64,000 nucleotides of DNA from a bacterium (GTDB lineage Bacteria; JAMCPX01). The first letter of the stretch is position 1; each line of letters begins with the position of its first letter. The DNA is taken from positions 12,906-76,905 of the forward strand of contig JBBIVV010000003.1 of assembly GCA_037439545.1 (NCBI GenBank). The letters are read 5' to 3'. The translations under genes and the position numbers were made by a program. This document shows positions 41,356 through 47,661 of this stretch, in pieces. The notes beneath the pieces are model-generated. The model was not told where the DNA came from, ran no database searches, and saw nothing but the letters and a program-made list of their open reading frames with translations.

Positions 41356-42549
41356 ATGAAAATAATCGTGAGATTATTACCGTTAATTTTATTTATAGCA
41401 CTATCGATATCAACAGCAGATCCATCGTACGCACAGCAATATGTCAGTCAGGGGGCATGGGCAGTAGGCATAGTAAAAGGGCTCGGTTGGGAGAGCAAGG
41501 GCATACCGCAACAGCCATCTTTAATGGATTACATGGATCTCCTGTCAGGAAGGAATTTTATCAATGTAAACCTCAAAAATTATGCAACAAGGCTCGGCAC
41601 TTTTCCCGATACCCTTACCTATAATGTAAATGTAGAACACTGCGGAAGATATCGTCTTATTGTGTATGTGTACGGCAATCCGGTATTATTTACCATGGAT
41701 AATGAACCTACTGTTTCATCTCATTTCTCAAACGGCTGGAACTATGAAGAACCCGCCACCTTTATACTGAAAAGGGGTGTTCACAGATTGAGTATTACCA
41801 TACCGAAAGGCAGCTCAATATTTGCCCTTTATCTGAGTTCTATGGCAGAAAACGCGATTCAACCGAAAGGCGGCTGGGTTGCGGCAAAGCCGCTAGATTA
41901 TGGTGCAGAAGCAAGTACACTGACCATGGCAATGGATGTTGCCGGCAAGCTGCCTGTCCAATCTGAAATACCTCCAGCAGTCAGGGCTGGTGCAAATGCA
42001 CGTCAATTTACCTTTCAAATACCCTCTGATCCTGTCCTGAACTTTAACACAACATTCCAGGGCCCATCGAGAGGGTATGTCATGGTGGATAACTCTATTG
42101 TTATACCTTATGAGGTTCGCGGCACGGACGCACCGCCCCTCAACATGAAAGCAATAAACCTTGGTCAGGGCACGCATACTGCATATTTGAAAATTCTCTC
42201 AGGCCAAGCGCCTTCGTCATTCGTTATATACCAGCATAATGATTCCCCCGAAGCATGTAGTGCGCTGATGAGATCCATGGGATTTAATATGGGGCTTGCT
42301 TATTTGCCGGTACCGTACGATATCGCACGGGCATCACTTGGGGCCTTCATCGTAATAGTGGCAAAAACCGTGCCATACAATATTGCACGGGTGTCGCTGG
42401 AAGAATTGATTGCAAGGATGGCAAAAAACAAAATGCCCAATGAACTCGATCTTTCCGGTCTGCCTGTCAAGCAGACAGAATTACCCTCACAGCGCGTTAT
42501 CAGGACATATAAAGAACCCATAAGCCCCATGGTTCCGTTTGAGGATTAA
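41356..42549 (+). CDS. secreted protein 'A': two beta-sandwich-like modules fused to a PFED-tail module (family not recognised)
   Basis: Signal peptide MKIIVRLLPLILFIALSISTADPSYA. It is a paralogue of 42779..43747 over ~290 aa. The C-terminal ~85 aa are paralogous to the separate gene 43763..44071. The protein ends ...YKEPISPMVPFED. Confidence 0.7.
   Translation: MKIIVRLLPLILFIALSISTADPSYAQQYVSQGAWAVGIVKGLGWESKGIPQQPSLMDYMDLLSGRNFINVNLKNYATRLGTFPDTLTYNVNVEHCGRYRLIVYVYGNPVLFTMDNEPTVSSHFSNGWNYEEPATFILKRGVHRLSITIPKGSSIFALYLSSMAENAIQPKGGWVAAKPLDYGAEASTLTMAMDVAGKLPVQSEIPPAVRAGANARQFTFQIPSDPVLNFNTTFQGPSRGYVMVDNSIVIPYEVRGTDAPPLNMKAINLGQGTHTAYLKILSGQAPSSFVIYQHNDSPEACSALMRSMGFNMGLAYLPVPYDIARASLGAFIVIVAKTVPYNIARVSLEELIARMAKNKMPNELDLSGLPVKQTELPSQRVIRTYKEPISPMVPFED
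41429..42294 (+). repeat. copy 1 of an ~870-nt direct gene duplication
   Basis: It aligns by eye with 42860..43741 with long identical runs, e.g. gggagagcaagggcataccgcaacag and gaggaattttatcaatgta. Substitutions are scattered. Confidence 0.85.
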
Positions 42550-42691
42550 GCTGGTCTTAATTATACGATCTATGAATAGTTTTTCGTGCCGCTTGTGTAA
42601 TATTCAACCGTAATAATTAAATTTTCAACATCTATTCCACACTACTGTGTAAATTGGTATTAAATATTAATAGGTTACGAATGGTTTATTC

Positions 42692-42707
42692 TGGCACAGA
42701 TGTTGCA
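42692..42707 (+). promoter_or_regulatory. sigma54 (-24/-12) promoter core upstream of secreted protein 'B'
   Basis: TGGCAC-agatg-TTGCA is an exact match to TGGCAC-N5-TTGC(A/T). It lies in an AT-rich 229-bp intergenic region ~72 nt upstream of ATG 42779. A 9-bp inverted repeat GAACATGAA (42722-42730) / TTCATGTTC (42750-42758) lies in the predicted leader. Confidence 0.5.
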
Positions 42708-42778
42708 AATCAAAATATGAAGAACATGAACATAATTATGCATGGTGTATTCATGTTCGGATTGACATTACAGGGAAA

Positions 42779-43747
42779 ATGGTGTTAAAAGATTTTATGA
42801 GAAAAATAGTTAAGCCGGGTTTATATTTACTGGTATTGTTATCCGTAGTTAAGCCATCTTATGCACAGCAGTATGTGAGTCAGGGAGCATGGGCCGTTGC
42901 CCTTGTAAAAGGGCTTGGCTGGGAGAGCAAGGGCATACCGCAACAGTCATCTTTAATGGATTATTTCGATCTCCTTGCAGGGAGGAATTTTATCAATGTA
43001 GACATCAAAAATTATGCAACAAGGCTCGGTACTTTGCCCGATACACTTACGTATAATGTAAATGTCACTCACAGCGGCAGGTATAATCTTATCGTGTATG
43101 TGTATGGTAATCCCATGATGTTTACCCTGGATAATGAACCTACTGCATCGTCTAATTTCTCAAATGGCTGGAACTATGAGGATCTCGGCACCTTTATGCT
43201 GAAAAGAGGTATTCACAAGTTGAGTATCACCATACCAAAAGGCAGCTCAATAGTATCGCTTTATCTGAGTTCTATGGCAGAGGATGCTATTCAACCGAAA
43301 GACGGCTGGGTTGCGAGCAAACCCCTTGATTATGGTGCTGAGGCAAGGACCATGACCATGGTAATGGATGATGCCGGTAAATTGGATGCAGGTAAATTGC
43401 CTGTTAAATCTCAAATACCTTCTGCAATAAGGGCTGGTGCAAATATAAGAGAATTTGTATTTCAATTGTCATCAGACCCTGTCCTGAACTTCAACATAAC
43501 ATTCCAGGGTCCATCAAAAGGATATGTCATGGTTGATAACTCCATTGTCATTCCTTATGAGGTTAGTGGCCGGGGAATGGAACCTCTCAATATGAAGGCA
43601 ATAAGTCTTGCACAGGGCGCACATACCGCATTTTTGAAAGTTTTATCAGGGCAGCTGCCCTCGTCATTCGTTATATACCAGCATGATGATTCTTCCGAAG
43701 CATGCATTACGCTTATGAAAACAATGGGCTTTGATATGGGATTTTAA
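42779..43747 (+). CDS. secreted protein 'B': paralogue of A lacking the tail module
   Basis: Signal peptide ...LYLLVLLSVVKPSYA. It is collinear with A (QQYVSQGAWAV..VKGLGWESKGIPQQ...). It stops at ...MGFDMGF, where A continues into the tail. AGGGA RBS. Confidence 0.7.
   Translation: MVLKDFMRKIVKPGLYLLVLLSVVKPSYAQQYVSQGAWAVALVKGLGWESKGIPQQSSLMDYFDLLAGRNFINVDIKNYATRLGTLPDTLTYNVNVTHSGRYNLIVYVYGNPMMFTLDNEPTASSNFSNGWNYEDLGTFMLKRGIHKLSITIPKGSSIVSLYLSSMAEDAIQPKDGWVASKPLDYGAEARTMTMVMDDAGKLDAGKLPVKSQIPSAIRAGANIREFVFQLSSDPVLNFNITFQGPSKGYVMVDNSIVIPYEVSGRGMEPLNMKAISLAQGAHTAFLKVLSGQLPSSFVIYQHDDSSEACITLMKTMGFDMGF
42860..43741 (+). repeat. copy 2 of the ~870-nt direct gene duplication
   Basis: See 41429..42294. 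This copy carries an extra 15-nt tandem duplication at 43370-43399. Confidence 0.85.
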
Positions 43748-43762
43748 TCGAAGGGGAAATTT

Positions 43763-44071
43763 ATGCTTATAAAAAAAAGGATCATTTTATTATTCTTTCT
43801 TGTAATTCCTATAAGTGTTCTCGCACAATCCGCAGGAAATGCTTTTGCAGCAGACTATAATACCTCTGTTCGTGATGTGGTGAATAGACCTGTCCCCTAC
43901 GATACTGCACGGGCATCACTTGCCAGATTGATGACCATGGTGGCAAAAAATAAACCGGAGGGAGGCATCTCTCTGGCGGGTATGGCTGCCAAAAAGACGG
44001 AATTACCGTCACAGACTGCTCTCAGGACATACAAAGAATCCATAAGCCCCATGCGTCCGTTCGAGGATTAA
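43763..44071 (+). CDS. small secreted protein 'C': free-standing PFED-tail module
   Basis: It has its own signal peptide, MLIKKRIILLFFLVIPISVLAQSAGNAFA. RPVPYDTARASLARLMTMVAKNK...ELPSQTALRTYKESISPMRPFED aligns with the C-terminus of A. An AAGGGGA RBS lies in the 15-nt gap after the B stop. Confidence 0.65.
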   Translation: MLIKKRIILLFFLVIPISVLAQSAGNAFAADYNTSVRDVVNRPVPYDTARASLARLMTMVAKNKPEGGISLAGMAAKKTELPSQTALRTYKESISPMRPFED

Positions 44072-44073
44072 GG

Positions 44074-44628
44074 ATGACAGCACTCATAAGACGGACAATT
44101 ATAATAGGGTGGTTCTTTTTATTATTTTGCACCTCAGCATCAGCAGGTGAGATCATTTATGCTTCCAGAAGTTTTAATATTGCAAGCGGTGCAAGTATTA
44201 TCGTTGCTCCATTCCAAAATCTAACAAAGGCACAGGGTGCAGGTGATAAATTTTCGAACTATATTGCACAGGCACTTGCAGAATCTGGATCCATGCGCAT
44301 TGTGAGGGAAGATCAGTTCATTTCCCGCTTGTCGTACAATAGGTTGAAACCAGGCCTGCCTGTCGATAGATCCATTGCTCAATTAGTGGGCGGACAGCTC
44401 GGCATTCGTTATGTCGTGTTTGGCAGTGTCGTGGAATATAACTACGAACTCTCCAATGATGGAAGCAGGACAATACCCATTGCAGGTATCGATGTTAGAA
44501 TCCTTGATGTCGATTCGGGCAGAATTATTTTTGCAGGCTCTTTCATAAAAGAAGGCTCATCTGGCACTCAACTGGATAGTGTTGCAATGGATGCAGCCGA
44601 TGCATTTCAAAAGAGGATCATGCAGTGA
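44074..44628 (+). CDS. CsgG/LpoB/TolB-N-fold periplasmic (lipo)protein
   Basis: Signal peptide, then IIVAPFQNLTKAQGAGDKFSNYIAQALAESGSMRIVREDQFISRL...LGIRYVVFGSV. This is the vAvlPF.N.t....g..l...l...L...g.f.vv.R pattern shared by CsgG, LpoB and FlgO-type proteins. Confidence 0.55.
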   Translation: MTALIRRTIIIGWFFLLFCTSASAGEIIYASRSFNIASGASIIVAPFQNLTKAQGAGDKFSNYIAQALAESGSMRIVREDQFISRLSYNRLKPGLPVDRSIAQLVGGQLGIRYVVFGSVVEYNYELSNDGSRTIPIAGIDVRILDVDSGRIIFAGSFIKEGSSGTQLDSVAMDAADAFQKRIMQ

Positions 44629-45650
44629 TGCTGATAAAAAGATTCGTAATCATTGCTCTCATTGTTTCGTCAGGGTGCGCACCTTCCATCACCTCGAATT
44701 TTCTTATTCCGCCGTCGAGTATTAATACTATAAGCTGTATTGCAGTGCTTCCCTTAAAGAACGATACTCAGAATCCCAATGCCGGCAATGTAATATCAGA
44801 CATACTTTCAGTGGCGCTCATGAAACAGGGCGGGTTCAACGTTATGGACAGGATGGAGGTTGAGAGGGTTTTAAGGGAAAGGGATATCTATACACCGGAT
44901 GGGATAGCGCCGGACGATGCGGCGGGAATGGGCATTATATTGGGTGTGCAGGCTGTATTTACCGGAAAGGTAACACGGTATGTGTATAAACCGTCAAGCC
45001 TTGCAACAGAAGGGGCAATACCGCTTGTAGACATCGCACTTTCTCTTATTGATACAACGACCGGACAGACTCTGTGGACCGGTGAAGGCACATTCTCGTC
45101 ATCCGGTTTGCTTGCTGCAGGTACGACACCAATCACCGATGCTGTGCAGGATGGCGTGACGCAGCTTCTTGATTCATTGTATGCCGGAATAGGCCAGAAA
45201 CCCGAGCCGCCATCCGGTATGTGCTGGTATGATCCGAACACGATATTCTCAAGAGTAATTATTGCAAATCAGCCGGCGCCCCGGCCTGTTCAAAGACCCG
45301 CGGTTTCTTATGCTCCAAGGCCTGTGCAGGAACAGCAGGTCGCATCTGTAACTGTGCCAGAACAAAGGCCTCAGGCGCAGTTGCCGCAGGCAAAGGTATC
45401 GGTAATGAATGCAAGCGGCAGCCCGAAGGCATCGATAGTGGTGGGTGTGACGCTTATAAAAAGTAAAATCAATGTGGTAAATGTAAGTATGGAAAAGCGT
45501 GTAAAACCGAGAAGTACGATATATTACAAACCGGCTTACCATGAACAGGCGCTTGCCATAGCAAGATTATTTAAAAAAACACCCTCTCTCGTACAGTCGC
45601 AGACATTTAAATGGGACATAACATTCGTTATCGGCAGGGATTTAAAATAG
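44628..45650 (+). CDS. CsgG/LpoB-fold lipoprotein fused to a C-terminal LytR_C domain
   Basis: Lipobox IVSSGC. CIAVLPLKNDTQNPNAGNVISDILSVALMKQGGFNVMDRMEVERVLRE...LGVQAVFTGKV. A P/Q-rich linker follows. The C-terminus KVSVMNASGSPKASIVVGVTLIKSKINVVNV...STIYYKPAYHEQALAIARLF...FVIGRDL is LytR_C-like. The start overlaps the upstream stop (TGATG). Confidence 0.6.
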   Translation: MLIKRFVIIALIVSSGCAPSITSNFLIPPSSINTISCIAVLPLKNDTQNPNAGNVISDILSVALMKQGGFNVMDRMEVERVLRERDIYTPDGIAPDDAAGMGIILGVQAVFTGKVTRYVYKPSSLATEGAIPLVDIALSLIDTTTGQTLWTGEGTFSSSGLLAAGTTPITDAVQDGVTQLLDSLYAGIGQKPEPPSGMCWYDPNTIFSRVIIANQPAPRPVQRPAVSYAPRPVQEQQVASVTVPEQRPQAQLPQAKVSVMNASGSPKASIVVGVTLIKSKINVVNVSMEKRVKPRSTIYYKPAYHEQALAIARLFKKTPSLVQSQTFKWDITFVIGRDLK

Positions 45651-45667
45651 GGACCGGAGGAAATTTT

Positions 45668-46810
45668 ATGAAGCAAAACAAGTTATTCCTTTGTACGCTT
45701 TTTATATTGATTGTCATTATAATGCCCCGCAGTGTGTATGCCGCAGGCGATCACGAGAGATTATTGAAAGCGTATCTTTCATTGAGCGATGCTTATGATA
45801 CGAATGTTTTAGGAGCCGGAGGGCAGGCTAAAGACAAGTCGGATAACATTATCTATATTCAGCCGTCCCTCGATTTCCTTCTGCCTTTCAGGTTTGGAGC
45901 CGACCTTAATGTTAATTATACTTTTACCTACCTCAACTACAGCAAATATACGCAATACAATACCTACTACAACGATCTCAATGCATCACTCAACTTCTAT
46001 CCGGTAGATAATCTCATATTTGGCATAAGCGATCAATATGTGGCAGTCCCTATATCTCCGCAGCTGCCGACGTTTGCAGCAACAAATATAACGCAGGTAA
46101 ATTACCTTAATCCTTATATCGCCTATAAATTCCCGATTATGACGAGGTTCTCCATAGATGTCAGATACGATTACATAAAAGTTGATTTCCCCGGCTCGCT
46201 TGGCATTGCATACAGCATCAATGAGCCGCAGATAGATGCGGCTTGGCTTCCGAACCGTTACTTAAAAATTAAACCGGGTTTCAAGTATATATCCCAGACA
46301 TTCACGGCATCATCGTTAGGGACAATTAATCAGTCTATACCCTATATAGAAGTTGCTATATCGGATGGATCGAAACTGACTTTTACAGGTAATTACAGCT
46401 ATGTTGCATTTAGCTTTACTAATAATACACAATCCGGCAGTATATATCTCGCGAAGCTTACATATAAGCCGGATGACAGACTTGATACCGACTTGTACGT
46501 GGATGGATCAAAGGCTTTCGATATATTCGGCAGGTTATACACGAACTTTGAAACCGGATTGGATGCGACCTATAAGATGACGGATCAAGTAAACGGTACG
46601 ATCGGAGCTAAATACCTGAAGCTTAAATATGCAGGGGAGAATTACTATGAAGATGCTTATGGATTTAATATTGGAATCAATTACAAGTTTATAAGGTGGG
46701 CTGAGTTATTTGCGACATACTACTATTTCAATGAAAAACCGGAATCATCAAGTGTTATTGGCTATCAGGACTCAAGGATACTCTTCGGTATCCGTGCGGG
46801 CCTGCTGTAA
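45668..46810 (+). CDS. outer-membrane beta-barrel protein (Tyr-rich, EPS-locus type)
   Basis: Trimmed to ATG 45668 with a GGAGG RBS. Signal peptide MKQNKLFLCTLFILIVIIMPRSVYA. Alternating hydrophobic/aromatic beta-strand patterns run throughout (NVNYTFTYLNY, SIDVRYDYIKV, FNIGINYKF). Confidence 0.6.
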   Translation: MKQNKLFLCTLFILIVIIMPRSVYAAGDHERLLKAYLSLSDAYDTNVLGAGGQAKDKSDNIIYIQPSLDFLLPFRFGADLNVNYTFTYLNYSKYTQYNTYYNDLNASLNFYPVDNLIFGISDQYVAVPISPQLPTFAATNITQVNYLNPYIAYKFPIMTRFSIDVRYDYIKVDFPGSLGIAYSINEPQIDAAWLPNRYLKIKPGFKYISQTFTASSLGTINQSIPYIEVAISDGSKLTFTGNYSYVAFSFTNNTQSGSIYLAKLTYKPDDRLDTDLYVDGSKAFDIFGRLYTNFETGLDATYKMTDQVNGTIGAKYLKLKYAGENYYEDAYGFNIGINYKFIRWAELFATYYYFNEKPESSSVIGYQDSRILFGIRAGLL

Positions 46811-47660
46811 GCTGATACTTTTAGTATTTATTATATCTCTCCTGTTTGTCCCGAACATTCATGCGCAGGATGAATATACCATAGGTCCTTCCGATGTACT
46901 GCATATAGAAGTTTTCGGAGAGAATGATCTCACAGGCGATTTCACGGTTTCTCAGGACGGGACCATAAAAAATATATTACTTGGAGATGTCACGGTCCAG
47001 GGGCTTACTACAGCACAGGCAGAAGCATTGCTTACCGAAGAGCTCGGCAGTGACTATCTTGTCGATCCGAAGGTTTCAGTCTCCATTAAAGAATACAAGA
47101 GCCATAAAGTGTATGTTCTCGGTGAGATCGATAAACCGGGAACCTACGCACTGACGACAAAAAGCAGCCTGCTTGATATACTCCTGAAAGCAGGAGGACC
47201 TACTTCGAATGCAGGAGACAATGTTTCTATCCTGCGCAGTGCAGACGGAACGCTCACGCATATACGGGTCGACATCACAAAACTTTTTATTGAAGGAGAC
47301 CTGTCTCAGAACATACCGATTAAAGACGGGGACATAATCTATGTGGCGCGGCAGGAAAAGGGTAACATCACGAGCAGGTTCTTTGAGAAAAGACTGAACG
47401 TTTTTTATGTTGTCGGCGAGGTTAAATCTCCGGGCTCCTATGAGCTGCAAGAGGGCTACACGGTGTTGAATGCAATACTTCAGGCGGGCGGTTTTACGGA
47501 CTATGCAAAGAAGAACGGAGTCATGCTCGTCCGGTACGAGGACGGTAAGAAAAAAGTGTATCACATTAAAATGGGCGATGTGATGAACAAAGGCGATCTG
47601 TCCGATGACATGCATGTGCAGGCATCGGATCTTATAATCGTTCCGGAGAGTCTGTTTTAA
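46794..47660 (+). CDS. polysaccharide export protein (Wza/Poly_export + SLBB)
   Basis: YTIGPSDVLHIEVFGENDLTGDFTVSQDGTI (Poly_export motif), KVYVLGEIDKPGTY and FYVVGEVKSPGSY (SLBB). I propose the GTG at 46794, which gives (M)RACCKLILLVFIISLLFVPNIHA as a signal peptide. The ORF-track start 46710 overlaps the upstream gene by 101 nt. Confidence 0.8.
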   Translation: MRACCKLILLVFIISLLFVPNIHAQDEYTIGPSDVLHIEVFGENDLTGDFTVSQDGTIKNILLGDVTVQGLTTAQAEALLTEELGSDYLVDPKVSVSIKEYKSHKVYVLGEIDKPGTYALTTKSSLLDILLKAGGPTSNAGDNVSILRSADGTLTHIRVDITKLFIEGDLSQNIPIKDGDIIYVARQEKGNITSRFFEKRLNVFYVVGEVKSPGSYELQEGYTVLNAILQAGGFTDYAKKNGVMLVRYEDGKKKVYHIKMGDVMNKGDLSDDMHVQASDLIIVPESLF

Positions 47661-47661
47661 A

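Noticed and set aside
41429-43741. Whether the A/B duplication could be a diversity-generating retroelement template/variable repeat pair.
   Set aside because: Differences between the copies are spread over all four bases and along the whole length, not confined to adenines or to a C-terminal patch. There is also no reverse transcriptase in the window.
41356-44071. PEP-CTERM/exosortase-type sorting of proteins A/B/C, considered because of the neighbouring Wza/Wzc genes.
   Set aside because: The C-termini end in PFED, with no PEP motif, no TM helix plus Arg-rich tail, and no exosortase gene in the window.
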